DNA of 64,000 bases from Azolla caroliniana (taxonomy: Eukaryota; Plantae; Polypodiophyta), in the NCBI GenBank assembly GCA_043228905.1, contig JBHGNT010000004.1:23622001-23686000 (forward strand). The letters run 5' to 3'. The translations under genes and the position numbers were made by a program. The notes beneath the pieces are model-generated. The model did not search any database, was not told the origin of the DNA, and was given only the letters and a program-made list of their open reading frames with translations. The first letter of the stretch is position 1, and each line of letters begins with the position of its first letter. This document shows, one piece after another, positions 52,101-64,000 of the stretch.

Positions 52101-55100
52101 ACAAGAAATGATGAAGTGTTAAATAACAAAATGAAAGGAATTACTCATATACAAATAAAAACTTCATTAGGAAAAGTTCAAATAAGTAAACATGATGATG
52201 TTTGGAAGACTCGTGGTCTAGGCAACACCAAGTGTGAAAACTAAATTTCTCTTTAAAAAAGGAAAGCCAAAGTGTACAAACTATAAGGCAATCTTTGTTG
52301 TGGGTTTATCTCAAGTTGATAATGTAACATTATATTCTGACAACTTGAAAGAGAGTTTATTATGTGATGATTAAGAAGAAATTTATATTTGGCAATCCAA
52401 GATAAAGAAATGTGTGGTTAATTGGTGACCCATCATTTCTTATTCTCTAACATTTTGAATCGAGCTTGTAAAAATGCATATGGGATCCAAAAGCTTCGTA
52501 TTCAAGATTAACTCTCTCCATTCTTTGTTTTGAGCTTGCAATCATGCATATACATTATTAATAATTGATGTTCATTTAGGACACACCATTAATTATGTTT
52601 ATTAATCAAGATTTGCTCAATTTGATTCCTTAGTGATATATTAGTTATTCAATGACACATAGCTTCACAATTGTTCAAATCTTGATGAATTGGTTGTGCA
52701 ATTCTTGACCCTTTCAAAGCAATTAATCTACAAAAAAATCTCTTTCTATTGACATGCAAAGATGGTTTTCACAAACATGCATCATGCATTGTTGATGCAA
52801 GATAATCATCGTGTTGTTCATGTGAGACATGTTGTTGAGGACCATGGTTACTTGGTATAGGGGCTGTAAAATTCAAGGAGGATTGTCATATTTTAATTAA
52901 AAACGGTGATAGTGGACACAATTCTCGTATCTAAGGCCATTATATCTACAAGATCTCTCCATTGCTATGTTGAACTCTTAGATCCAGGTCGAGTCTTGAC
53001 CTTGAGATACATATCTGATTGAAGTTACATCACATCACATGTTGTTAATTTAATCCCTCGAAGCATATGTAGGTAAGTAAAAACCAAAGCACATGGATTA
53101 TGTGTGGATACACAATTAGGTATACCCCACAAGATCAACTATTTATCATGGATAACAATCAAGTAAACAAGAAGTGGCATTTCTTTATAATTAAGTTTAT
53201 TTTAGAAAGTTCACAAGGACCAAGTTTGTTGGATCACCCCATTACCTGTACTGTTGGTTTAGACCTTGTTATCAAACATTTTCATAATCCATCAATATAA
53301 TACCACACTTAAGCAGAAAAAGAGGTGCATGTGAGAAATTGAAACCATTAGGGTCCACAATTATTTTGGATATGTCGATGCAAATATATGATGTACTCAA
53401 CATCACAATGTATTAAAATAGTGATTTGTGCCAGCAAAGCATGTCTAACTTTGAAAGGATGCCAAATTTGACTTTTCGCTCTTCTAGATGCCACCTTTCA
53501 AAAAGCATTTGTTAAAGACAAATTAGGATATCTTAATTTGAGATCTTGTGAAGATGGAGTCTTTTTCCAATGAGATATGAATCAATCTATCGTCTTAATA
53601 GCTTTTTATTTGATAGATCATTAAAATTAAGATAGTAGTTATTACTTTGTTTTACATCACTAATGCGAAAACACTTTAGATGCTTTTTATACTTCTAGCT
53701 AGAGAATTTTCAATTATAGCGAGAAATTCATTGGATATGAAAATCAAAGGGTTTGCATTCCTAGGGTTTAAAATCTCTTTCTTAAGGATCTTTCACAAAG
53801 GTATTGTTTTATAGTCAACACCATGGGGACATAAATGTGTCACATATCCCAAAAACTCGTCAATATAAGCCATTTACTTTACATATCTTCTTCGCATACA
53901 CATCCATGAGATTGTGTGTGTGTGTGTGTGTGTGCACGCGCATGTGTCTCGTCATCCCATTATAATGAAATCAAATATGTTCGCTCCAATGTGCCACTCT
54001 ACTCATTAGCCACATTTTGTTCATCACCAATTGCTTAACAGGAAAATTTTCTGATTTGTCTCTAAGCATATCATCTTCTTTGGGAAATTTCACAAATTGT
54101 GGTTGAGCATTCCGAAACTAGAAGTTAGCTTTGGCAATTTGGAGATACGTATTATAATGACATGAAAATTAACTAACAGAATTATTGAAGATATCTTTCT
54201 TTCTTTCTTCCAAAAATTAATTGAAGATATCTTATGTAAGGCTATGGTAATATTATTTCAGGATCTTGATTATATTTGCATTATCTTTTGTTTTACATTG
54301 TCTCTTTTTTCAATGCATTAATATTTGTCATTTTTAGCATTGCATTTTAATCATTTTGACCCTTTTCATTGAAATAATATCAATGTCAATTTTGTAACAC
54401 CATTTTTAGGAGCAACTTGACAGTTCACGTTATTATCTAAAACTAAAATTTATGAAACATTTTTATAGCTAAAAATACTCCATGTAAATGAGGATAAACC
54501 ATTGAGATCACATATAAAAAAACCCAAGGTTTAACATGTAGACTAGGTAATGATTTTCATTACACATACAAAGTATGTTTGCAAACTGTATTGGCATGAC
54601 AGTCTAGTCCAATGAATTATTGATGACAGCTTGCTTCAGCTCAACATGGGCACAGTGTGTTCTTATATTGAATTCCACATCAAACCCATTGCTCAAGACT
54701 TTGTACCACAACCTTAATATTGTTTTTTATCTCTACTTAATAATGTTTGCATGTTTGAATTTTACAAATTTGATAATCTACTAAGCCTGCAAGTACATAG
54801 GCAAAAATTCGTCAACATATCTAATGTCTCTTGCATTATATATAAAGACGACACTTACACACAGCTTTAGCATGCTGTGTCTATTACTCAATTTAAATAT
54901 CATTGACAATGTTCATCATTGATGAAGTTTACATGAGTTTTTCCCAAACAAGTTGCACATTATTAGATCCAGAAATATTTGTCCACTTTCACACTGCTTT
55001 AGCACCTCATGTCTGTTAGTCAATTGAATAATCATTAAATTTTATGATAAACTGAATTAAGTTTACCATTTTCCAAACAAGTTACACATAAAGTTATCAA

Positions 55101-55102
55101 GT

Positions 55103-58100
55103 TTACACTAACTTTTCCCAAACAAGTTGCACATCACTAGATCCAAAAGAATCTATCCACTTATCTTGAATGGAAATGTCACCACATTCAACTTCTTCAA
55201 CAGAGGCATACAAGTTTGAGAGAGCCACATAAGTGACGGGATCAATTGGATCCATTTCTACAAGATGATTTAATGCAACATTTCCTCTTTTCACATCGAC
55301 CCGATTGTTACACGCAGCCATAAAAGCTGCCCATGATATACCATTGGGTAGAAAGGGCATTACATTGATAAAAATCTCAGCCTCATCAATCTGTCCAACT
55401 CTACCTAGCAAATCTATCATGCAATCAGCATGCTCCCCACTCAGTGCAACCTCATTTTCTCTGAACAAGAAAAACAAACAATGATAACTTTCTTCCAGTA
55501 GGCCAGCCCTACTACATGCTGACATAATGATAACAAATGTTGCTTTGTTTGGAATGCATCCCTGCTGGTGCATGCAATTGAAAAGCTCAAAGGCCTCTTG
55601 GCCATGGCCATGTTGCGCAAATGATGCAATCATCGCATTCCACAAACCCAAACTTCGGTTCAAGATACGATGAAATATAGCTTGGGCATCACTTAAACTT
55701 CCACACCTACCATACATAAACAAGAGAGTGGTTGCCAGATCAACTTCAGACTCTACATGACAGTAAGTAATACATGTATGAATCAGTCTCCCGTCCAAAA
55801 GAGCTAACAGGATTTCACATGCATGAAGTACATTGGTGAAACAAACCACATCGGGGGCAAGGACCTCCCTTTGCATCTGCCCAAAAAGGTGCAGAGCCTC
55901 TTCACCTCTTGCAAACTGAACAAATGTAGCAATCATTGAGGTCCATGCAATTAAGTCGCGCTTAGGCATGTGATCAAATATCCATTTGCTTTCCACTAAA
56001 CTACCACATTTTGCATACAGATTCATCATGGCAGTTGCCACATTAACATCTGAATCAAATCCAAGCTGCATTAGTTTGACATGCATCTGCATGCCATCAA
56101 TTAGTGATACAACATTTGAACATGCCTCAAGAATACTTACGAAGGCAATGTTATCTGGGCTTACTTTTTCTGCAATCATTTTATCGAACATTTCAATGGC
56201 TTTTGCCTCAAAATGATGTTGACTGTATGCCATGATCATGGAATTAAAAGACAAAACATTGTGTATCGATAATCTTTCAAAGATGACTTCCATATCCCTA
56301 AGACTACAATTCCCATAAAATTTAAGGAGCGCATTATTGATCACAGGATCTGAATCTAGCCCATTACACACAATGTGGGTATGCATAAGCCTCCCTCCAA
56401 GTAGCCGCAAATCCCAGTATGAATGACTACCATGGAGATCAGAGTCCAAGTCTCTATACTTTTTTGTTGCTATAAAAGATTGTGTATTCTCTCCTGCATT
56501 CTCATCATTCCTGTTACGCTGAGATGCTTTTTCCTTAGATACATTCTCACCAGATTGTTCGTTACTTTCTAATATATCAGAATTATTAACCACATAAGGG
56601 ACTAGTGCCTTCAGTGAAAAATCAGATTCCTTGCAATCAACAACCCAAAAAGATTCATTTACAAATGCAGAAAGCATGCTAACATATGTCGCTTGATCTG
56701 ATGCTATACCTTGCAAACACATTTTACCAAACAAATATATTACAACATAGGCATCATCACTTTGAGCATAGCCTCCAATGAGAGTATTCCAAGTGATGTT
56801 ATCTCGTGACACCATAGAATCAAATTGTTCATGGGCATCTTTCATATGTCCGCACTTAGAATACATGCTAATCAGAGCATTTCCAACAAATACATCAGAT
56901 TTCATTCCATTCCCGAATATTTGCGAATGAATGTGTTTTCCGACTGATAAAAAGGTGCCATCTATGAAGCTAGAGAGGATAGTTGTAATAGTGACATTAT
57001 TTGGTAGCATGCCCTCTTCTTGCATTCTATTGAAATGTTGCAATGCAATGTCTGATTGCCCATGTTGTACATAAACAGATATCATAGCATTCCAAGACAC
57101 AACATCCCACTCGAACATATTGTCAAACATTTTCTGTGCATCATTAGTGCTGCCAAGTTTTCCATACATATGAAGGAGTGCAGTTTGTAGCTGAATATCT
57201 GAATTCCATATACTGGCCATTACACGGGTGTGCATCCACAAACCTTGTCGTACATGTTTATTACCAGATTCAGAGATAGTATTAAGAAATGTGACCTTAT
57301 CTGGCAGTAAGCCCTCCTGAAACAATCCATCAAATAGTTGTAATGCACCTTTCTCATCATCATTTTGTGCACATGCCATAATCATCACATTCCACACCAC
57401 AATTTCTTGTTTCGTAGATGCATCAAAAACTGCATGGGCATTAGACACATTTGCAGTTTTAGCATACATATTTACAAGGGAAAGTCTCAAAACATTACTC
57501 ATCTCTAATCCAATAGAGAAAATACACGCATGGATTTGTTTCCCTATCCTTATAGTTTTCCGAGTAGCACAAGCTGAGAATACAGTTACATATGTATACT
57601 GATCCCACAGAGCACTTTCCATTTGCATTTGTGCAAAGAATTGGATGGCATTCTCATGTTCAGATTGCATAACGATTGCTGCCAACATCGCATTCCATGC
57701 AACCGTGTCTCGTATAAACATCGTATCAAAGACACCACATGCATCAAGAAACAGGCCACATTTGTTATACATGCTAATAAGAGAAGTGTGTACTACAACT
57801 CTAGAATCAGCATTGTTATACATAGATTGAACATGTAATCGCAAACCTTTACATAATGCACGCTTGCCAGTGTGCTTAGCACAAGAAGACAACATATTTG
57901 CAAATGTGGTATTATTTGGTATCATACATTCTTGTTGCATTTGTTCGAAGAGTTTGTCCGATTCTATGGTTTTTCCATATTGGACATATGCACCAATCAA
58001 GCAATTCCAAGAGAATACCGTTTTCTCATGCATTCGCACAAACCATGCATGTGCATCATATAGATCTCCACATTTCCCATACATATGCACAAGAAGGCTA

Positions 58101-58297
58101 TTCACGTATACATCTCTTAACTTATAACCATGGTCCACGATGATGTGATCATGTATTCTCATACCATCATACAATGCTTTCTTTTCACAACAAACACGGA
58201 GAAAGGCAGAAACATTGTAGTATTTCTTGTCACAATCTTCCATCCAAGATTCACAGCTCGGAATCTTCTCCGGGAGAAGACTTCGTGTCTTCTTCAT
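55103..58297 (-). CDS. PLS-class pentatricopeptide repeat protein with C-terminal E domain, no DYW (putative organellar RNA-editing factor); start uncertain
   Basis: Uninterrupted ORF with repeated P-L-S triplets (SLLVHMYGKCG, VSWNAMISVYVQHG, PDKVTFL), then CMIDLLGRVGQIDEAE..MPFLPNGISWAAFMAAC..YVALSNLYAS. First ATG is 58297; the ORF-track start at 58381 is GTG. Confidence 0.93.
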   Translation of the reverse strand: MKKTRSLLPEKIPSCESWMEDCDKKYYNVSAFLRVCCEKKALYDGMRIHDHIIVDHGYKLRDVYVNSLLVHMYGKCGDLYDAHAWFVRMHEKTVFSWNCLIGAYVQYGKTIESDKLFEQMQQECMIPNNTTFANMLSSCAKHTGKRALCKGLRLHVQSMYNNADSRVVVHTSLISMYNKCGLFLDACGVFDTMFIRDTVAWNAMLAAIVMQSEHENAIQFFAQMQMESALWDQYTYVTVFSACATRKTIRIGKQIHACIFSIGLEMSNVLRLSLVNMYAKTANVSNAHAVFDASTKQEIVVWNVMIMACAQNDDEKGALQLFDGLFQEGLLPDKVTFLNTISESGNKHVRQGLWMHTRVMASIWNSDIQLQTALLHMYGKLGSTNDAQKMFDNMFEWDVVSWNAMISVYVQHGQSDIALQHFNRMQEEGMLPNNVTITTILSSFIDGTFLSVGKHIHSQIFGNGMKSDVFVGNALISMYSKCGHMKDAHEQFDSMVSRDNITWNTLIGGYAQSDDAYVVIYLFGKMCLQGIASDQATYVSMLSAFVNESFWVVDCKESDFSLKALVPYVVNNSDILESNEQSGENVSKEKASQRNRNDENAGENTQSFIATKKYRDLDSDLHGSHSYWDLRLLGGRLMHTHIVCNGLDSDPVINNALLKFYGNCSLRDMEVIFERLSIHNVLSFNSMIMAYSQHHFEAKAIEMFDKMIAEKVSPDNIAFVSILEACSNVVSLIDGMQMHVKLMQLGFDSDVNVATAMMNLYAKCGSLVESKWIFDHMPKRDLIAWTSMIATFVQFARGEEALHLFGQMQREVLAPDVVCFTNVLHACEILLALLDGRLIHTCITYCHVESEVDLATTLLFMYGRCGSLSDAQAIFHRILNRSLGLWNAMIASFAQHGHGQEAFELFNCMHQQGCIPNKATFVIIMSACSRAGLLEESYHCLFFLFRENEVALSGEHADCMIDLLGRVGQIDEAEIFINVMPFLPNGISWAAFMAACNNRVDVKRGNVALNHLVEMDPIDPVTYVALSNLYASVEEVECGDISIQDKWIDSFGSSDVQLVWEKLV

Positions 58298-60267
58298 GGA
58301 AATTAATGTGAGCGAGATCACGACGTGCGCAAGATCTTTGTCCGTGTATTTTCCTCTCCATAGGGGCAGGTCATGTAGCACTTGCGTTCACATGAAGACG
58401 GACAGGGAGGGATGCCAGGTGACACAAGCAGTCTTTTTCGTCGTCTTTTTCTTCCCGTTCCTCGTTCGTCAGGAGGAAGGGAAGGAAAAGTCTGCTTCGA
58501 AGCCATAGCCATGTCTCTCAAACGCGCTAAACAAGGATTTGAACCGTGGACCTTACAAATATGTATATATAATAAATCTATAGATTTGTATATACAGGTA
58601 TAAATACATATAAACATGTATATGTACGTATACATATACATATTACGTACAATGACTCCCATTGTTATAGAAGAAACATTGGGCATGTGGCCCAGCCCAT
58701 AATCGCGCCCCTAACTTTCTTGTCTGCCCAGTATCTCATTCCAGTCATCCATATCTTGTCTCATCCATCATATGCCGGGGTCCATTGTCCATGCATGGTG
58801 CACTCTTACCCTATCTCGGCCTGGTTCTCTCTGCCCCCAATGCCAATTCAATCGAGTCTCGCACATGGCACAAGATATAAAAGCATGTATGATATGTTTT
58901 GTCCAATGTGGCATACTTCGAACACAATCCAACTATCCCATGTTCTAGAAGTGAAGCGTGTTTTGATCTCTTAGCAAGTTGGTCATCCATGCGTTTGTGA
59001 GCTTCGATGGGGTTGCTTGAGTTTATGTGAATCCCCTATTGTCCAATCAAGAGCTCTCACCAACATCAATGCCCAAGAACTTACCAAAAGTTGGAATATG
59101 ATTTCTTCACCTTGAACAATTGGATTTATGTATGGCAAAGAAAAAAATTTATGGTGTCTCCTTCATAACCTAAATTTATGAGCTTTTCCCTACCAATGTC
59201 AAGTCAAAGGGCATTTGTCTACCCTATGTTAACATTGCTATATAAATTTTGATGCCGAAAAATTCAAATATTTCAATTTTTATTGCATAAAGTGGCCACA
59301 TTAATTATGACCAATTATTCATCTCACATTGTAGCTTTTGAATTGAGATGTGATAAAGAGGACCCTATATTCTCTCTTTTTTGTTAATGTACTCCAAGGA
59401 AAGCCGAGACTAGATTGAAGCTTCCCTCTTTCCTTAAACTAGTTACATGCATTAAGAGCAATCAGGCATAGAGAAATAGATTCATATAGGTCCCCATATA
59501 TTTAATGTGAGAGATAAATGGCATGAAAGAACATGCATAAAGAGACAGTATTAGAGCAACTCCACAGCAAGGAACATCGGCTTCAACTCCAATTCACAAA
59601 AAGCTCATTCATTCTCAACTCTGAAAAATTTCAACTTGTTTGTTTCAATCATTTGTAAGTTTCAAAACTCAAGGATTTCATTCCGACATGCATACTGCAT
59701 GTTAAATCTAAACTTCCACAGAAAAGAACAAGAATATCATTAAGATTATAAGTTTGATCAAGATGAGTTATTGTATTAACCACAAGAAGAGTGATAGTAT
59801 TGCCCAGAAGGTCAACTCATATGGAGAGAGGAAGACCTAATCAGAAGAAGAGCACAGACAAAATACTGAAGCATCCTGGCACTTCTACTACAGTCTTCTC
59901 TTAGCTAGGTTCACTAGGGTTGTCAAAACAAAAAAGTTCATGAAGATGGTTCTCTGATGCATCAGGCAATTCTAACTCCCATGCATCTGACGAGCGGCAT
60001 TTCTAGCTAGGTTGAGGTTTCAATCTGGTCAGAAATTATTAGGTCATCTAATATGAGCTGCCCTCCCCCCAAGTCCATTGATTCATCAAGCTGTGTACTA
60101 TGTAATATATAGCTAGACAGTCAACTGTTTTAGCAGATACTCCAATGAAAAGAGTGACAAAAAAGTCATTTAAAATACATGGTTTGCATTCCAACTTTAA
60201 ATCAATAATCATATGAATTTCACTCTTTGATTAAGGAACTACAACATATCAAGTTTATTCAGCTAGT

Positions 60268-60476
60268 TCCAAACTGAAAATAGGGATTGCCGTAGAACTG
60301 CTTCATATAGTTTCAGTTTGAAGGCTACCAGTTACCAATATGTACAAGGTAGATTTATTTCCATCCACAAATTCCAAACTGAAAATAGGGATTGTCGAAG
60401 AACTGCTTCATGTAGTTTCAGTTGGAGGGCTATCCAGTTATCAATATGAGCAAAGGTATATTTATCTCAATCCACA
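60268..60476. repeat. Two-copy ~104-bp duplication downstream of the AGO stop (3' UTR region)
   Basis: ttccaaactgaaaatagggattg.cg.agaactgcttcat.tagtttcagtt occurs twice. Confidence 0.85.
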
Positions 60477-60583
60477 TTCTCAAAACTAGCTCAGCTAACT
60501 AGGAAGTATATATGTCTATACATCTTTATTTATAAGCATTCAAAATATGGAAAGATCTTATATATTAATTTTCCATATTCCCC

Positions 60584-63500
60584 TCAGCAAAAGAACATCA
60601 CTCTCTTCACATTTTCTTTCACAAGAGGTAGCGGCCGAACATAAGCTATGGCTGATGCAGTTGAGGTTATGGTCAATTTGGATTGTGCACTCTCAGTTCC
60701 CCCCGGACTTGTACCACTACCACTATCTGAAATAGCTTCCATGTAGAAACGAGCCCGAAAAGCTGCAAGATGTGCATAATACGCCGGAGGCACTAAAAAC
60801 ATCCAAAAATAATAGGGAAAATCTCTATTAGATTAGGCATATGAGTTCATGCTGATTTTTTCTATCTTAAGAAAACCGACTAAAAAGACTTTATTATATC
60901 TGCTCACCAATGGAAACAGACCGTGTGCACCGAGCATACCTAAAACACAAATCCAATAGTTAGCACAAGACCTTATGGCTACATTAAAAGCATATAGACA
61001 CTAATCAATCTTACGTGTAGCATAAATTGTTCGTGAAAGTTTGTAGACCATCAGGTGTGAAATTATTCTCATCCCATAATACTTGATAGTGGGCAGGACG
61101 GCTAGTCCCCTGAGAAATTTGACAAACAGAATTCAATATTAAGACAGGATGTGCTCCAAATATTTCAAGTCTAATTTTTCAAGACAATTAATGCACATAT
61201 GTGTAGAAAAAGAATGAAAGATTGTGATTAACATCTCTAACAAAGCAAAATGACCCAAAAATGTTACAATCATGAACTCAGTGAGAAAAAGAAAAGCTTG
61301 TATTAATAACATCTCCAAAGAGAGCAGTGACTTATCTACAGACCCCCAAAAGAGATACAATCATGATGGCATGTGAGAATGAGAGGTTATATTGAAGTCT
61401 CTAAAGAAGCAAGTGATCAATGAGACCTAAAAATGTTACAATCATAATGCCATGTGAATATATCTCATGCATACAAAAAGGAAACAATTATTGCCTGAAT
61501 TCCAGCATGGCTACAGAGATAGAAATCGAAATCTGTTGGGTGGCAAATGTTTGTGTCAACAACAGTACCTGCAATCCAGACATGAGACTTTCAACTCATA
61601 TTGTTTCCCATAAACACATCACCTAACTTCCAAAAGAAAATATATTGATTAGATAGATACCTGGAAGTACATTACCACTGCTGTCTACACTCTGTTTATC
61701 ACTATGATTGGCAGCAAAAAGTCGTGTGTGATGACGTTTCTGAACAACTATGAAAGTGACAGGAGGTTGATAATCTTGCTCCAGAGACGCACAGGCCTGT
61801 GCATTTAAGGTACTAGTCTTACAAATACATAACAGCATCGCAACAGTGTTTGAATCAAGTACCTTCCGAATGGCGTCCAGTTCATATAGCAAAACCTGGT
61901 AAAACTGGCCTTCACTAACACCATCTCTGACAGAAATGACAAGAATTTAAAAAAAATTTAAAACATTTATAATACGAAATTGGCATAACTAAAAACAAGA
62001 AACCTACCTATAGAAAACAATTCGGTGCGGCTTTGCACCAGTGGCTCGTCGAAAAGAAATCAGGAGTTCCCTATGCAAAGTTACATTACAATTAATAGTT
62101 GCATACAATTAAAAACAAGAAATGAACCTACAGAAAATAATTCAATGTGGCTTTGCATCAGTGGCTCATCTAAAAGAAATCAGATCCTTATGATAAGTTA
62201 CATTATGTGATGACAGATAACTACAAAGCAATGCCCATAAAATAAGCGTCCTTGTTCACTAAATTATACACCCACACAATCAAGGTAGTGCAGAAGGTCA
62301 TGGCTATTGTTTCCTGCATCCCACAGGCTGATATTTAAGGTTTTTCCCCGAACACTGCTATTACAGAGTCAATGTTAACTTACCTGATCATCCCTCCATA
62401 TTGTGGGCCACGAGCAGGATCATTCCACGTTTTAAATAAGTCTTGAATTGTCTCAACCCTATGTCCTTGTGCACACACCAAACCTGCATAGTTCGTTATC
62501 TCTGGCCAGTCTTGTGAAGCAACAACCTGGGAAATGAAAAAAAACAGAAAAGAATGGCTGAAAGAGCAACTGTGGTATGTATGAAATTGTGGCCCACAAA
62601 AGCATTCACACAGTATCGGAGTTGAAGTTGCATGTAATAATTAACATACAATATAGGACTACAGGCAACACATTATGGCCAGAGTATATTACAGCTGCAA
62701 TTGATGGACTTAAATCCTCTCCAGGCTGTGGATGAGTCACATCTGCTCCAAATATGATCGTAGGTTTGTCTGTGACCAAAGGGATTTGACGAGAGAGAGC
62801 AACAGCCAACACTGCATTTCGTCCTCCTACCTGTATATTTTCCAAGTGATAGTTTAAGGATTGAACTTCATATTGAAAAGGAATTTCCAAATAGTGCACA
62901 TAGTTGATACCTTGACATTGATTTTCAATGCCAAATTTGCTAAATACTGCTTGTTCTTCTTATAAACATGCTTGGTCAAACAACATTGAGAGACGATTCC
63001 CAAATCAGTTTCACAAATACGCTTTAGATCCCCTAATAGAAAAACATTGTTAATTGGTTATGATCTTCAATGAATGAGTACTCCAAAATAATTATTACTT
63101 GGTTGTTAATTGGTTATGATTTTTCAATGAATGAGTACTCCAAAACAATTATTTAATTGGTTGTGAGATTATATAAAATGAGGTCTCCACATTAATCACT
63201 TGTGGCCATGTATTTAGAATCAATCACTTAAGGTTATGTATTTAGAATTAAACAAATAATCTTACCATAAAGGGTACCATTATTATCAGGTAAAATAACT
63301 ATAAGAAGCTGGAGTCCCAGAGTTGGAAACTTTTGCTTAAACTCCCGAAGCATATTTTTCAACGCATGCTCAACTTGGTCCGGACGTGCACTGCATATTC
63401 GAGTTGCAGGTTGCCGATTGAAGGTCTAAGTGGGAAAAAACCATACCAAAAAGAAATTTAATTTCCTTGTTTTTCTATTCTCTCTAATGTATATATGAGA

Positions 63501-63981
63501 AAGATATATTAACGTCTTCTAAGGCCAAAATTGGCCCATGAGACAAATAAGGCCAAAATTGGCCCATGAGACAAATCTGAATAGATGTGTAATGCGAAAT
63601 CTGAATCAAGAAAATAACATCAACAAGAACTGCAAAAAAAAGGATTACCAAGCCCGAAACCTGGCACATTAAAGCTAATTCTTGACAAAACTCTTGGGCA
63701 GCATTTTCTTGTACACCTCGGGAAAAGTTAACACAAGTCCAATGGGAGACTACGGCTCCATTCACCACTTTCTGATATTTACAATGTACAAATTCAGCAT
63801 GAATTTTGCAGTTTTTGGTATTGATATCACTGTCAGATTTCAATACATCCATAGATACAGATTGAGTTTTTAGTTGTATTAACTGTATCAATAAACCCCT
63901 TTACAGCACCTTATTTCTCATGTTCCATTGACCGACTGTAGGCTGGCAATATTTTTCTGATCCTGACTCATGGTACTTGAG
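60584..63981 (-). CDS. Argonaute (AGO1/5/10 clade), L2-MID-PIWI portion; continues beyond the window. Exons 63981-63910, 63771-63649, 63425-63266, 63032-62911, 62830-62693, 62526-62384, 62070-62008, 61926-61863, 61796-61661, 61568-61495, 61109-61015, 60939-60908, 60792-60584
   Basis: [101 protein letters not shown]; all phases consistent; D-E-D-H tetrad present. Confidence 0.96.
62100..62205 (-). pseudogene. Decayed tandem duplicate of the AGO 63-nt exon
   Basis: CTGATTTCTTTTAGATGAGCCACTGATGCAAAGCCACATTGAATTATTTTCTGTAG versus the functional CTGATTTCTTTTCGACGAGCCACTGGTGCAAAGCCGCACCGAATTGTTTTCTATAG; two CGA>TGA stops. Confidence 0.9.
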
Positions 63982-64000
63982 CTGCAAAACCACAGAAAAG

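Noticed and set aside
6006-63981. MIR529, MTase and AGO as a functional silencing cluster
   Set aside because: They are tens of kb apart and separated by unrelated genes and TEs; no evidence beyond co-location.

Overview
AT-rich, repeat-laden land-plant nuclear DNA. A fern or other non-seed plant is inferred from MIR529, the PLS-PPR content and the TE style, but the species cannot be fixed from sequence alone. Host genes, all on the minus strand: a MIR529 hairpin with a ~300-nt loop (6006-6396), a 5-exon RLF-like cytochrome b5-domain gene (21860-25937), a 5-exon type-A cytokinin response regulator (43064-44375), an intronless PLS/E-class PPR gene (55103-58297) and the last 13 exons of an AGO1/5/10-clade Argonaute (60584-63981). 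Mobile DNA: a Ty1/copia element with an open gag running off the left edge, a full-length decayed Ty1/copia (13362-18696), a solo LTR nested in an AACCG-rich TIR element, a deleted chromovirus, LINE fragments and several tandem repeats. The main find is an intron-containing gene at 34494-37721 that encodes a ParB/Srx-like domain fused to a prokaryote-type beta-class N4C/N6A DNA methyltransferase (DIPY...HP/QKP...FSGTGTT). It is disabled by three C-to-T-type lesions and bracketed by ~140-150-bp tandem repeats, suggesting cargo of a large transposon. Two unrelated LTRs also carry antisense tRNA-like A/B-box modules in U3. All calls come from manual reading; no searches were run.
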